Source of the DNA: an uncultured Pseudomonadales bacterium
GTDB lineage: Bacteria > Patescibacteriota > Microgenomatia > UBA1400 > Chazhemtobacteraceae
Direction: 5' to 3'
Assembly (NCBI GenBank): GCA_964422035.1
Contig: CAYQZQ010000001.1
Location: forward strand, 121,013 to 185,012
Length of the DNA: 64,000 nt
Positions 39,468-50,020 of the stretch are shown piece by piece. Position numbers and translations under genes: made by a program. A model generated the notes under the pieces. It searched no databases, had not been told where the DNA came from, and saw only the letters and a program-made list of their open reading frames with translations. The first letter of the stretch is position 1. Every line of letters starts with the position of its first letter.

Positions 39468-40085
39468 TTATCGAGGAATTGAAAGTATCCAGCCTGGTTC
39501 GATAAGTCCAGGGTTTGGTCCAATAAGTTCTATGTTGGTTTGGTAGATCTGTGTCCATTGGTAGCCGTCGCCGTATGCTCTGACAGAGATTTCCCAAAGA
39601 TTATCACCTTCTTTCACGGTGTACTCGTCTCTTTCTATGCTTGGGCTATCCATTTCATGATCAGTTTTATCCATGGCAACAGTAGGTTGCATGACTTCGG
39701 ATTTAGGAATGATTAACTCTTGTCCTACGGCAAGTTGACTGGGGTTATTTAGGTTGTTTGCTTTGGCAATATCTACCCAGTTGTATCCTGAGTTGTAGTA
39801 ATCTTCAGCAATTTTCCAGAGATGATCACCTTCTTTTACTTCGTAAGTTGTTGGTAGGCCTTGAGGTATTTTTTTGCCTTCTTCTTCAACAATTTTTGGT
39901 TGGCCGGGAACAGGAGTTGTTTTTTCTTGAGCAGCTTGGTCAGTAATTTGTCCCCTATCTATAGACTTAAAATAATTAAATACAAGTAATCCGATAACAA
40001 CGACTACAATTCCTCCTAAAATCGTGCTGATTGTATTCTCGTTTAGTTTGATTTTTTTGAGGAGGTTTTTGATTTTTTGTTGCAT
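39468..40085 (-). CDS. Membrane-anchored protein with two LysM domains
   Basis: One TM; YEVKEGDHLWKIA and YTVKEGDNLWEIS. Confidence 0.92.
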   Translation of the reverse strand: MQQKIKNLLKKIKLNENTISTILGGIVVVVIGLLVFNYFKSIDRGQITDQAAQEKTTPVPGQPKIVEEEGKKIPQGLPTTYEVKEGDHLWKIAEDYYNSGYNWVDIAKANNLNNPSQLAVGQELIIPKSEVMQPTVAMDKTDHEMDSPSIERDEYTVKEGDNLWEISVRAYGDGYQWTQIYQTNIELIGPNPGLIEPGWILSIPR

Positions 40086-40174
40086 TTTAAGACCTAATTA
40101 ATATTTTTATAGAACTTCTTACACGCATCCTATACATAATGTTATCGCGAGTCAAGTATGAGTTTGTGATAAAC

Positions 40175-40220
40175 AAAAAAAGCGCTCAACGAGGATGATA
40201 ATAATACTTATCGAACGCTT
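40175..40220 (-). terminator. Terminator downstream of the displaced tRNA-Asp fragment
   Basis: Minus strand AAGCGTTCGA...TTGAGCGCTT followed by T run. Confidence 0.55.
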
Positions 40221-40231
40221 AAATATGGGGT

Positions 40232-40282
40232 GGGGCTGACGGGATTCGAACTCGCGGCCTTCTCCGTGACAGGGAGACACTC
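40232..40282 (-). repeat. att-like copy of the 3' 51 bp of tRNA-Asp
   Basis: 49/51 identical to 42233-42283. Confidence 0.92.
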
Positions 40283-40315
40283 AATATTTATGTGAGTGTT
40301 TAGCCAGTATTTTTT

Positions 40316-42178
40316 TTATTCAGTTTTAATTGAATCTTCAATCTTTTTAATCTCTTCTGAAGAAAAACCAAAGTTATCTTTTAACCCCCTTTTTATATTT
40401 TCTATCCACTCCTCTTTACTGCTATCCACTGCTTTTTGAAGTGTTTCTCTAGAGAATCTTTTAATCATCTCTAGCTTTTCATTAGCAGAGACACCGAAAG
40501 AATCAGCTAAGCTGTCAAACTCTCTTCTTATACCCTCATTCGGAGTTGATAGTATTACAGCTTTAATGTAACCATATGTTGGCACATTAATGAACTTAGC
40601 AAGGAGTGAAACAATATCTAGATTTCTAGAAACTTCAGATTGTGGAATCATATGAAATAACTTAACTGCCTTTTCTAGGTTTTCTAGTGCAGTCTCGTGA
40701 TACTTAAGATAAATTTTCTCAGCCTCTTCTGTCTTGTTTCGTTTTTCTATTTCAGACTTGAGTAAAGTCGTTATTTCTTTCATTTTTTCAAATTCTTCAT
40801 TATCTGGGGCAATTAATTCAGCGTCCAGCCTTAGGAAATAAGACTCTAGAGCCTGATCTAAGACGTTTATAATATTCTCATCAGTAATAGACCTTTCTAT
40901 CATTGAAACATCTCCACTATAAAAATATCTTTCACTAAACTCATTTTCATCTGTCCATCTCAATTCTTCTAATTTTAGAACCGAGGACTCTTTAAGTCTT
41001 TGTATAATTTTGTCCGATGTTTTCTTTCTTCCTATTCTTCCACCCCTTCTTTCTTTACCAAGGAAATTAATCAACAAATCAGATCCTGTGACAATATCAT
41101 CAAATTGTCTTTTTCTTTTTGAGGCAAACTCTTTACTATTTTTTTTCTCTAACTCTGACTGTTTTTTGGGATAAGAGAACTCGATAGGAACAGACTTGAC
41201 CTTCTTATCAAGACTTAGGGCAACATATATCGGAAAATAAACAGCATTAGAGTATGCTTCTGGCTTTACTTTACCCCAGAAAGGACTATCTTCAGGTATC
41301 TCAAATGTCTCTCCAAAAAGACTTTTTAATTCAGAAGTATTTTTAATAGCTCTCGTTCCACCAAACAAGTCTAGTACTGAATCTCTTTTTTTTCGTAAAC
41401 CAGCCTCAACAAGCATGCGGTGTATTTTAAGGTTGGCTTTTCTTTCTGAAACCGCTTGGAATTTTGGGTAACCACGAAAGTCATTGTACTGATCTCCCAA
41501 CTCCTTAACTCTAATACCCCTGTCTGGAATAACGATATCAGCTTTGCCTTCACTTATCGGTTGAGTGATATTGAAAATCTCATCCACCAATTGAGTTTTT
41601 TCTATTTCTACCTGAATGAGAGAGCCTTTTTTTCCAATGGATCTGAGATATTCACTACTAGAAATGATGTCCGTGATATTTTTAATAGACTCAATTCTAG
41701 CTTGACTGTAACCTCTCTTTTTTTGATCTAAAAGCCATATTAATCCGGGCATTTTGTCTCTTTTTTCACGACTTTCTTTTCTTGTTTCTAAGAGATTGAC
41801 AGAATCTTCAACTGTGCCCGGTTGTCTTATCGTAATCTCATCAGAAAACCTTCGAGGGTTTATCTCACCGACCATTTGAGTGAAGAGAGGAGAACTACCA
41901 CCATCAACAACGGAAATATTAATTCCCTTCTTATTTAATCTCTCAATAGACTCTAATGCCAAGCTACCCCTAACACTATCAGAAACTTCTTTATTCTTGG
42001 GGTCAAATTCAGGAAAATATGTGGTAGCGATAACCATAACCGACTGTTCAGGTTTAAGTTTTTCGTTTTCTCCATTTTTTTCTGCTTCTTGATCCTCTCG
42101 TATTAAAAGTTCATATCTTTTACTAAGATTTTTGTGATAATTTTCAATATTTTGATTTTGGACTCTTTTCTCTTCCAT
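40316..42178 (-). CDS. Hypothetical protein with N-terminal GT-A/GT2-like glycosyltransferase domain
   Basis: ISVVDGGS, ADIVIPDR, DLFGGTRAI patterns; helical charged C-terminal region; ATG 42178 preferred over 42190. Confidence 0.6.
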   Translation of the reverse strand: MEEKRVQNQNIENYHKNLSKRYELLIREDQEAEKNGENEKLKPEQSVMVIATTYFPEFDPKNKEVSDSVRGSLALESIERLNKKGINISVVDGGSSPLFTQMVGEINPRRFSDEITIRQPGTVEDSVNLLETRKESREKRDKMPGLIWLLDQKKRGYSQARIESIKNITDIISSSEYLRSIGKKGSLIQVEIEKTQLVDEIFNITQPISEGKADIVIPDRGIRVKELGDQYNDFRGYPKFQAVSERKANLKIHRMLVEAGLRKKRDSVLDLFGGTRAIKNTSELKSLFGETFEIPEDSPFWGKVKPEAYSNAVYFPIYVALSLDKKVKSVPIEFSYPKKQSELEKKNSKEFASKRKRQFDDIVTGSDLLINFLGKERRGGRIGRKKTSDKIIQRLKESSVLKLEELRWTDENEFSERYFYSGDVSMIERSITDENIINVLDQALESYFLRLDAELIAPDNEEFEKMKEITTLLKSEIEKRNKTEEAEKIYLKYHETALENLEKAVKLFHMIPQSEVSRNLDIVSLLAKFINVPTYGYIKAVILSTPNEGIRREFDSLADSFGVSANEKLEMIKRFSRETLQKAVDSSKEEWIENIKRGLKDNFGFSSEEIKKIEDSIKTE

Positions 42179-42231
42179 AACTACACACATTATATATTTT
42201 TATATCAGGAAGCATTTCAGGCAGACATGTG

Positions 42232-42306
42232 CGGGGCTGACGGGACTCGAACCCGCGGCCTTCTCCGTGACAGGGAGACACTCTAAACCAACTGAGCTAC
42301 AGCCCC
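42232..42306 (-). tRNA. tRNA-Asp(GTC)
   Basis: GGGGCTG acceptor; TCTCC-CT-GTC-AC-GGAGA; GGTTCGAGTCC; G discriminator; no full CCA. Confidence 0.95.
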
Positions 42307-42372
42307 AAGGTCTTCTAATTTTACCAGATTTTGCCTTGAGCTTGAAGGGGGTGAGTATTATATAGTTAGAGT

Positions 42373-44148
42373 ATGGATACAAATAAACATATGACCAACC
42401 AAGATATAGCTCATTTGTTGAGGTCTATGGCGGCTGTTTATGAGGTTAAAGATGAAGATTTTTTCAGAGCTCGAGCTTATGAGAATGCGGCAGCTAGTAT
42501 AGAAAAAGCTGCTTCTGATCTTAGAGCCATATGGCAAGAAGGTAATTTGCAGGAGTTGTCTGGAATAGGTTCAAGTATTGAGAACCATTTGGATGAGTTG
42601 TTTAAAACTGGGAAGGTTAAACATTTTCAAGATGAGACAAAAGACGTGCCGCAAGGCATGTTTGAGCTATTGAAGATAGATGGAGTGGGCCCAAAGTCTG
42701 CATATAAACTTGCTAGTGAGTTTGGAATTGAAGATGAGGGTAAAGCTGTTGATAAGTTGAAAGAAGCTGCTGAGAATAATCAAGTTGCCAAACTAGAAGG
42801 TTTTGGAGAAGATTCTCAGGAGAAAATTTTGGACTCAATAAAAAAGCAGATTAAGATTAAAGATAGATTGCTTTTGCCTCAGGCAATGAATTTAGCTGAA
42901 GAAGTAATTGAATATATTAAGCAAAGCCATGATGTAGTTGAAGTTGAGGTATTGGGTAGTTTGAGGCGTAGGGCCTCAACCGTGGGAGATATTGATGTTG
43001 CAGTGGCTACAGAAAGAGCTGAGAAAGTTATGGATTATGTGCTTAAGTTTGAGGGTATAAAAAAGGTATTATCTTCAGGTTCTAAAACCACCATGTTTAT
43101 CCACAAATCTGGCAGGCAGATAGATATTAAGACTCAAGAACCGGACAAGTGGGGCTCTATGCTGCAGCACTATACGGGTAGTAAGAATCACAATATTCAT
43201 CTTAGGACGATTGCTAAGGAAAATGGGCTTTCTTTATCTGAGCATGGAATTAAAAGGGGTGAGAAATTGACTAAGTATGATAATGAAAAGGATTTTTATA
43301 AGGCTTTAGGCATGAATTATATTCCTGCTGAGTTACGTGAAGACAGAGGAGAGATTGAAGCAGCTTTGAAAGGAAACCTGCCTAAACTAGTTCAAATTGA
43401 TGATATCAAAGGAGATTTACAAGTTCACTCGAATTATGATTTGAAGAGCAGTCATGATGTAGGCAGTAGTTCTTTAGTTGATCTTTTGAAAAAAGCTGGT
43501 GAGTTGGGATATGAGTATTTGGGGATTACTGATCACAACCCAAAGCAGTCGGGATTGAGCAAAAGTGAGAGAAAAGAGATTTTACAGGCTAGGAATAAGC
43601 ATTTTGATGAAGAATATAGTTCGTATGAAAACTCAGTGAAAAAAACCAGTGTCAAATTGCTTAAAGGACTTGAGGTTGATATTAAGCCTGACGGAGAGTT
43701 AGCTTTAGAAGATGAAAACTTAGAACTTCTGGATTATGTAGTTGCTTCGGTTCACTCCAGTTTTAGGCAGGACAAAAAGGAAGCGACAAAAAGGGTACTA
43801 AATGGGCTATCTCATCCTAAAATTAAGATATTTGCACACCCTACTGGGCGGATGTTGGGTAAGCGAGAAGGGTTAGATTACGACTGGAATGAGATATTTG
43901 AGCATTGTCTGAAAAATAAAATATGGATTGAAGTAAATGCGTCTCCTAAAAGACTTGATTTGGCAGATAGTTTAATTGGAGATGCGATAGAAAAAGGAGT
44001 CAAAATTGTTATTAATACAGATGCCCATGATAGTAGCGGGTTGGAGTTTATGAAGTATGGTGTGTGGACAGCCAGAAGAGGTTGGGCTGAAAGAAAAAAT
44101 GTTATTAATACTATTGGATGGAAAGAATTAAAAAAATTAATATATTAG
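42373..44148 (+). CDS. polX: DNA polymerase X with PHP domain
   Basis: GSLRR, GDID, YTGSK, QVH, TDH, AHPTGR, NTDAH. Confidence 0.94.
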   Translation: MDTNKHMTNQDIAHLLRSMAAVYEVKDEDFFRARAYENAAASIEKAASDLRAIWQEGNLQELSGIGSSIENHLDELFKTGKVKHFQDETKDVPQGMFELLKIDGVGPKSAYKLASEFGIEDEGKAVDKLKEAAENNQVAKLEGFGEDSQEKILDSIKKQIKIKDRLLLPQAMNLAEEVIEYIKQSHDVVEVEVLGSLRRRASTVGDIDVAVATERAEKVMDYVLKFEGIKKVLSSGSKTTMFIHKSGRQIDIKTQEPDKWGSMLQHYTGSKNHNIHLRTIAKENGLSLSEHGIKRGEKLTKYDNEKDFYKALGMNYIPAELREDRGEIEAALKGNLPKLVQIDDIKGDLQVHSNYDLKSSHDVGSSSLVDLLKKAGELGYEYLGITDHNPKQSGLSKSERKEILQARNKHFDEEYSSYENSVKKTSVKLLKGLEVDIKPDGELALEDENLELLDYVVASVHSSFRQDKKEATKRVLNGLSHPKIKIFAHPTGRMLGKREGLDYDWNEIFEHCLKNKIWIEVNASPKRLDLADSLIGDAIEKGVKIVINTDAHDSSGLEFMKYGVWTARRGWAERKNVINTIGWKELKKLIY

Positions 44149-44185
44149 TGATACAATAAATATAGTTATAAATTGGATTGTTTAC

Positions 44186-44773
44186 ATGAATATATTTTTA
44201 GTTTTAGGAATTTTTGTTGTACTTGCTGTTGTTTACTTAATTAGTACTTATAACAAATTTGCGACACTAAAAACCCAGATTGAAGCCAGCATTCAAGATA
44301 TTGGCAATCAATTAAAAAGACAGGCGAGTATGATCCCCAATTTGGAGTCAGCAACTAAGGGTTATTTAGATCAAGAGAAAGAGATTTTTAGCAAGCTAAC
44401 TGAAGCAAGAAAGGCCGTTGAAGGTGCTCAAAAAAGTGGAGCTCTTGGAGATATTGACAAAGCAGAAAGTAAGCTAACTGAGCTACTACCAAAGATTCAG
44501 GTGATTATGGAAGATAATCCTGAGATTAAGTCTGACAAAGTCGTGCAGAAGCTTATGTCTGAGTTGAGAGATACGGCTGACAAATTAATGTATGCGCGTA
44601 GAACCTTGATTGATCTTTCTCAAGACTTTAATCAGATGCTGGTTGTCTTTCCTTCCAGTATCGTTGGTAACGTATTTGGTATGAAGAAAAAAGAAGGTCT
44701 TAAAACAGCAAGTGAAGGTTCTCATGTTGAAGTAAGTGAAGAAGAGACTAAGGATGTAAAGATAGATCTGTAA
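44186..44773 (+). CDS. lemA: LemA family protein
   Basis: N-terminal TM, QLKRQASMIPNL, PEIKSD, FPS. Confidence 0.88.
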   Translation: MNIFLVLGIFVVLAVVYLISTYNKFATLKTQIEASIQDIGNQLKRQASMIPNLESATKGYLDQEKEIFSKLTEARKAVEGAQKSGALGDIDKAESKLTELLPKIQVIMEDNPEIKSDKVVQKLMSELRDTADKLMYARRTLIDLSQDFNQMLVVFPSSIVGNVFGMKKKEGLKTASEGSHVEVSEEETKDVKIDL

Positions 44774-44777
44774 ATTA

Positions 44778-45677
44778 ATGAAAAACATTTACGAACAGGA
44801 GTCAGCAAATAAGCGGAAGAGTTTTTTGATTATGAGTTTGTTTGTGCTGTTTGTGGTTGGAGTTGTCTATGTGTTTTCATTTGTTAGCAACTCAGGTTTG
44901 AGCATGGTTGGAGTAGCTTTGGTGTTTTCAGGACTACTTTCACTGGGTAGTTATTATTACTCTGACAAGATCATTTTGAGTTTGTCTAATGCAAGAAAGG
45001 CAGATAAAGATAGAGATTATGATTATTTTACGGTGGCTGAGAATCTGGCTATGGTTGCTAATACTTCTGTCCCTGATCTATATGTGATTGAGGATTGTGC
45101 AATGAATGCTTTTGCGACCGGTAGAGATCCTGAACATGCAGTAGTGGTAGCTACAACAGGTTTGTTATCTAGACTGAACAGAACTGAACTTGAGGGTGTG
45201 GTTGCCCATGAATTAAGCCATGTTGTGAATTATGACACCAGATTGATGAGTATTGTGACAGTTTTAGTAGGACTGATAGCGCTACTTGCTGATTGGTTTT
45301 TGAGGTTTAGCATGTTTGGGGGTAGAAAGTCGGATGAAGATCGAGGGCAGGTGGGGGCGATAATGTTGGTTTTGGGGTTGTTGTTAGCTTTACTGTCTCC
45401 TTTGATTGCAAACTTAATAAAGTTGGCAATTTCCAGAAGAAGAGAGTTTTTGGCTGATGCAGGCGCTGCAAAAATGACCAGGTATCCTGAAGGATTGGCT
45501 TCTGCTCTGGAAAAAATAGCTGAAGATAATGAGCCATTGGAGGTGGCAAATAAAGCTACAGCTCACCTTTATATAAGTAATCCTCTTAAGAATCGCAAAG
45601 GAGCTGTGGGCTGGTTATCTAAGATGTTTAATACTCACCCCCCTGTTGAGGAGCGGATCAAAGCCTTGAGAAGTTAG
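44778..45677 (+). CDS. htpX: M48 zinc metalloprotease HtpX
   Basis: [24 protein letters not shown]. Confidence 0.93.
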   Translation: MKNIYEQESANKRKSFLIMSLFVLFVVGVVYVFSFVSNSGLSMVGVALVFSGLLSLGSYYYSDKIILSLSNARKADKDRDYDYFTVAENLAMVANTSVPDLYVIEDCAMNAFATGRDPEHAVVVATTGLLSRLNRTELEGVVAHELSHVVNYDTRLMSIVTVLVGLIALLADWFLRFSMFGGRKSDEDRGQVGAIMLVLGLLLALLSPLIANLIKLAISRRREFLADAGAAKMTRYPEGLASALEKIAEDNEPLEVANKATAHLYISNPLKNRKGAVGWLSKMFNTHPPVEERIKALRS

Positions 45678-45704
45678 TTAGCAGACACTTGACAAGACTG
45701 CTAA
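45678..45704. promoter_or_regulatory. CIRCE (HrcA operator) overlapping the clpB -35
   Basis: TTAGCAGAC-N9-GACTGCTAA versus consensus TTAGCACTC-N9-GAGTGCTAA; TTGACA lies in the spacer and GATAAT 17 nt later. Confidence 0.8.
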
Positions 45705-45724
45705 GTAACGAGATAATTTTATGC

Positions 45725-48310
45725 ATGGATCCTAATAAATTTACAAAGGCTACACAAAACAGTTTAAACAAAGCAGTAGGCATAGTGGTGGAAAATAAAA
45801 ATGTCAGCTTATCTAGCTTGCATTTGCTGTTGGCTTTACTATTGGACAGCTCTTCTGTGCCGGTTAGGGTGTTGGAAAAGCTTGAGGTTGAGACTTCCCT
45901 ATTGATTGAGCTGGTTGAAAAAAAGATAGATCAACTTGTGACCGGAGATGTCGACTTAGATCAGATCCGCCCTGATTCGGATTTAATTAAAGTTTTTGGC
46001 AAAGCTCGAAAAATTACGGAAGACAAGGGAGATAGATATATCAGTCAGGAAAATGTATTTTTAGCCTTATTTTTGGTTGAAAACGAAGCTTCAGAAATTT
46101 TAAAGGATTATGTGTCTGAAAGTGATCTTAAAGAAGTTATAAAGAGTGTGCGAGGAGGAGAAAAAGTGACTGACAAGAATGCTGAGAACAAGTATCGGGT
46201 GATAGAAAAATTTACACGTAATCTCACTGATGAGGCGAGAAACAACAACCTAGATCCAGTTATTGGTAGAAATAATGAGATCAGGCGCTTAATGCAGGTT
46301 TTGAGTAGAAGAAAGAAAAACAATCCGGTTTTAATTGGTGAGCCTGGTGTTGGTAAGACAGCATTAGTTGAAGGTTTGGCGCAGCGTGTTGCAGATGGAG
46401 ATGTGCCTGACACACTAAATGACAAAGAAGTTATTGGGCTTGATATGGCTACAATACTGGCAGGGGCAAAGTTTAGAGGTGAGTTTGAGGAAAGATTAAA
46501 AGCGATTATTAATGAAGTGGAAAAAGCGGCGGGGAAATACATAATGTTTATTGATGAGTTGCATACTCTGGTGGGGGCAGGAGACGCACAGGGAGCTGTA
46601 GATGCAGCTAATATTTTAAAACCGGCGTTGGCTAAGGGGACTTTGAATATGATTGGGGCAACTACAATTGATGAGTACAGAAAGCATATTGAAAAAGATG
46701 CAGCGCTTGAGAGGAGGTTTCAACCAGTATATGTAGGAGAGCCATCTGTTGAGGATACTGTTGCGATATTGCGAGGGTTGAAGGAAAGATATGAGTTGCA
46801 CCATGGATTGAGGATAAGTGATGATGCCTTGATCGCTGCAGCTAGATTGTCTGTAAGGTACATTACTGAGAGATTTTTGCCTGACAAAGCTATTGATTTA
46901 ATTGATGAGGCAGCTTCAGCTCTTAAGATCGAGATGGAATCAATGCCTGAAGAGCTAGATACTTTGAAACGCAAGATTACACAGCTGGAGATTGAAAAGC
47001 AGGGATTGAAAAAGGAAAAAAGTGAGTCAGCTAAGGCTAAAAAGAAAAAGTTAACCAAAGAGATTGAGGACAAAAAAGAGAAAGCTAAAAAACTGGGGTC
47101 TCAATGGAAAAAACAGAAAGATATATTGAAGGATATTACCAAGCTGCAGAGCAAGATTGAAGAGAAGAGAGCAGAGCTGGAAAAGGCAGAACGCGAAGTA
47201 GATTTAGAAAAAGCGGCTGAGATTAAATATGGTGAGCTGCCCAGATTGGAAGAAGAGCTAAAGAATCAGCAAAAGAAATGGAAGGGTATTGATGTTGAAG
47301 ATAGAGTGTTGCGCCAAAAGGTTAGTGAAGAAGACGTGGCTGAGGTAGTATCGAGGTGGACAGGTATTCCGGTAACAAGACTAGTTAAATCTGAACAAAA
47401 GAGATTGTTGGAACTTGAAGACCAGCTCAGAAGACGAGTTGTAGGACAAGATGAGGCCTTGGAGGCAGTAGCTAATGCTATTCGAAGAAACCGTGCTGGT
47501 ATTGGCGAGAAAGATAGACCAATTGCAAGCTTTTTGTTTATGGGGCCAACCGGTGTGGGAAAGACAGAAACAGCGCGTGCTTTAGCTGAGTTTATGTTTG
47601 ATGATGAAGCTGCAATGGTGAGAATTGACATGAGTGAGTATACAGAGAGACATAGTGTGGCTCGATTGATTGGATCACCTCCCGGATATGTAGGTCACGA
47701 AGAAGGCGGGCAACTGACTGAGGCAGTGAGAAGGCGTCCTTATAGTGTGATATTGTTTGATGAGATTGAGAAGGCCCATGACCAGGTGTTTAACTTGTTT
47801 TTACAGATATTTGAAGATGGTCGACTTACCGACGGGCAAGGAAGAACAGTTGATTTTACTAATACAGTTTTAATTATGACAAGCAATATTGCCGGGAAAG
47901 AGATAATGAATTTGGCAGAAAAAGATAGTGACAAGTTAAATGTTGTTGTTTGGGAAAAAGTTCAGTCTATTTTTAGACCAGAGTTTATCAACAGGATCGA
48001 CAAGATGATTGTATATGAGCCCTTAAGTGAAGATGATTTAACTAAGATTGTAGATATCCAACTAGAAAGACTGAAGGATAGATTAGAGAATCAAGATATA
48101 AAGATAGTGGTTGATAAAAAGGTAAAAGAATATCTGGCTGAAAAAGGCTATGACCCTGCTTTTGGGGCTCGACCATTGAAACGAGTTATTCAAAATGAGA
48201 TTGAAGATAAGCTGGCTTTGGGAATAATTGAAGGTAGATTTAAGCCCAAGTCAAAAGTTAAAGCTTGGCTTAGTGATGAGGAGATCAAACTTAAGGCTGC
48301 TAAGAAGTGA
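45725..48310 (+). CDS. clpB: ATP-dependent chaperone ClpB
   Basis: Two AAA+ modules ([16 protein letters not shown]), long coiled-coil M-domain; start MDPNKFT at 45725. Confidence 0.95.
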   Translation: MDPNKFTKATQNSLNKAVGIVVENKNVSLSSLHLLLALLLDSSSVPVRVLEKLEVETSLLIELVEKKIDQLVTGDVDLDQIRPDSDLIKVFGKARKITEDKGDRYISQENVFLALFLVENEASEILKDYVSESDLKEVIKSVRGGEKVTDKNAENKYRVIEKFTRNLTDEARNNNLDPVIGRNNEIRRLMQVLSRRKKNNPVLIGEPGVGKTALVEGLAQRVADGDVPDTLNDKEVIGLDMATILAGAKFRGEFEERLKAIINEVEKAAGKYIMFIDELHTLVGAGDAQGAVDAANILKPALAKGTLNMIGATTIDEYRKHIEKDAALERRFQPVYVGEPSVEDTVAILRGLKERYELHHGLRISDDALIAAARLSVRYITERFLPDKAIDLIDEAASALKIEMESMPEELDTLKRKITQLEIEKQGLKKEKSESAKAKKKKLTKEIEDKKEKAKKLGSQWKKQKDILKDITKLQSKIEEKRAELEKAEREVDLEKAAEIKYGELPRLEEELKNQQKKWKGIDVEDRVLRQKVSEEDVAEVVSRWTGIPVTRLVKSEQKRLLELEDQLRRRVVGQDEALEAVANAIRRNRAGIGEKDRPIASFLFMGPTGVGKTETARALAEFMFDDEAAMVRIDMSEYTERHSVARLIGSPPGYVGHEEGGQLTEAVRRRPYSVILFDEIEKAHDQVFNLFLQIFEDGRLTDGQGRTVDFTNTVLIMTSNIAGKEIMNLAEKDSDKLNVVVWEKVQSIFRPEFINRIDKMIVYEPLSEDDLTKIVDIQLERLKDRLENQDIKIVVDKKVKEYLAEKGYDPAFGARPLKRVIQNEIEDKLALGIIEGRFKPKSKVKAWLSDEEIKLKAAKK

Positions 48311-48324
48311 TAAAATAAGCGGTA

Positions 48325-48639
48325 ATGGAAGAAAAACAATTATCAGTGGAGCAAATAAGGCATTTAGCAAAGCTGTCCCAGTTGAAGATCGATACTGATG
48401 AGATATCAATATATGCTAATCAGTTAAGTGAAGTATTAGACTATGTTGCCAGTTTACAAAAACTGGAACTGGATGATGTTGAAGAAACCAGCCAAGTAAC
48501 TGGTCTGGAAAATGTATTTGTTGATGATAAGACTGGTAAATGCTTGAGTAGGTCTAAAGCCTTAAGTCAGACACCTGACATGCATAATGGGTATGTAAAG
48601 GTTAAAGCAATTTTTAAAAAGGAGAATGAAGATGAGTAA
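48325..48639 (+). CDS. gatC: Asp/Glu-tRNA amidotransferase subunit C
   Basis: IRHLAKLSQL, L.EVLDYV..LQKLELDDVE; precedes gatAB. Confidence 0.92.
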   Translation: MEEKQLSVEQIRHLAKLSQLKIDTDEISIYANQLSEVLDYVASLQKLELDDVEETSQVTGLENVFVDDKTGKCLSRSKALSQTPDMHNGYVKVKAIFKKENEDE

Positions 48640-50020
48640 GATTGATCTGATTCACAATAAGATACGAAAAGGCGCTAGTATTAGATCGATTGTTGAGGAG
48701 TATCTTGCTAAGATAGAAGAGCAAAATGAAAACTTGAATGTATTTTTGACTGTTTCTGATAAAAGAGCTTTGGAACAGGCCGATTTGTGGGATGAGATGT
48801 GGAAAAAAGAAGGTGAGAAGTTATTTGATGAAAAGCCTCTTTTGGGAGTACCGGTTGCCTTGAAGGATTTGTTCTTAAGTGAAGGAATTCAAACTACGGC
48901 TGGTTCAAAAGTGTTGGAGAGTTATATACCTCCCTACTCTGCAACGGTTGTAGATAAACTTGAACAGGCTGGGGCGATCGTTGTCGGTAAAGTTAATATG
49001 GATGCTTGGGCTCATGGTGCAAGTGGTGAAAATTCAGATTTTGGGGCTACCAAAAACCCAGTTAGTTCCAAGTATTCTCCAGGAGGAAGCTCTTCTGGAT
49101 CTGCTGCGGCTGTAGCCGCGGAAATGAGTCCAGTGGTTACTGGGACTGATACAGGAGGATCGGTTAGATTGCCGGCTAATTTTTGTGGTGTAGTAGGGCT
49201 TAAGCCTACTTATGGTCGAGTTAGTAGGTATGGAGTTATTGCTATGGCCAGTTCGCTTGACAGTATTGGGCATTTGACAACAAATGTGAAAGATGCTGCC
49301 AAGATTTTGTCAGTTACTTCTGGGAAAGACAAAAAAGATGCCAATACAGCAAACTCCAAGCCTTTTAGTATGGAAAGCTTGAAGAGTGAGATTGAGGGCA
49401 AAGTTGTAGGAATACCTAAAGAGTATTTTGAACCAATTAAAAACAGTGAAGTCAAAGATAATTTCACAATGGTTAAAGAAAAACTTGAAATGATTGGACT
49501 GAAAACTAAAGAAATCAGTTTACCTCATACAAAGCAGGGAATATCCGTTTACTATATTTTAATGCCGGCAGAGGTAAGTTCTAATTTAGCCAGATTCGAT
49601 GGTATCAGATTCGGGAAAGACAGAAAACACATGGCTCCAGAAGGTAAAAGGAGAATTATGATGGGGGCTTATACATTATCAGCTGGATATTATGATGCAT
49701 ATTACAAAACTGCTTTGAAAGTAAGAACGTTAATCAAAGAGGACTTTGATAAAGTTTTTAAAGATGTTGATTTGATTTTGGCGCCTGTGTCCCCCACTCC
49801 TCCATTTAAATTAGGTGAAAAAACAAAAGATCCTTTAGCAATGTATCTATCTGATGTGTTGACGGTACCTTCCAGTTTGGCGGGACTGCCTGCATTGGCG
49901 ATTCCAAGCGGGAAGACAAAAGATGGCTTGCCTTTAGGTGTTCAGTTGATTGGTAAATCTTATATGGAGGAAGAAATTTTCCCGGTGGCTTATAAATTGG
50001 AAAAAAGTCTTAATGAATAA
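48626..50020 (+). CDS. gatA: Asp/Glu-tRNA amidotransferase subunit A
   Basis: KDL, PGGSSSGS, DTGGSVR, SSNLARFDG; start may be 48632. Confidence 0.95.
   Translation: MKMSKIDLIHNKIRKGASIRSIVEEYLAKIEEQNENLNVFLTVSDKRALEQADLWDEMWKKEGEKLFDEKPLLGVPVALKDLFLSEGIQTTAGSKVLESYIPPYSATVVDKLEQAGAIVVGKVNMDAWAHGASGENSDFGATKNPVSSKYSPGGSSSGSAAAVAAEMSPVVTGTDTGGSVRLPANFCGVVGLKPTYGRVSRYGVIAMASSLDSIGHLTTNVKDAAKILSVTSGKDKKDANTANSKPFSMESLKSEIEGKVVGIPKEYFEPIKNSEVKDNFTMVKEKLEMIGLKTKEISLPHTKQGISVYYILMPAEVSSNLARFDGIRFGKDRKHMAPEGKRRIMMGAYTLSAGYYDAYYKTALKVRTLIKEDFDKVFKDVDLILAPVSPTPPFKLGEKTKDPLAMYLSDVLTVPSSLAGLPALAIPSGKTKDGLPLGVQLIGKSYMEEEIFPVAYKLEKSLNE

Larger units (their letters stand above)
40232..42283. mobile_element. 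Single-gene islet integrated in tRNA-Asp, no integrase
   Basis: Direct repeats 40232-40282 and 42233-42283 flank one ORF whose base skew differs from the host. Confidence 0.75.

Noticed and set aside
39083-39597. Minus-strand ORFs 39083-39523 and 39400-39597 (also 42200-42382 and 56874-57188)
   Set aside because: Shadow ORFs running across tRNA genes and real CDSs.
40232-40282. Second functional tRNA-Asp
   Set aside because: Lacks the 5' acceptor strand and D-loop; it is a 3' fragment only.
43415-43430. PolX PHP motif QVH instead of HxH as inactivation
   Set aside because: QxH is a known variant in bacterial PolX PHP domains and the other metal ligands are present.
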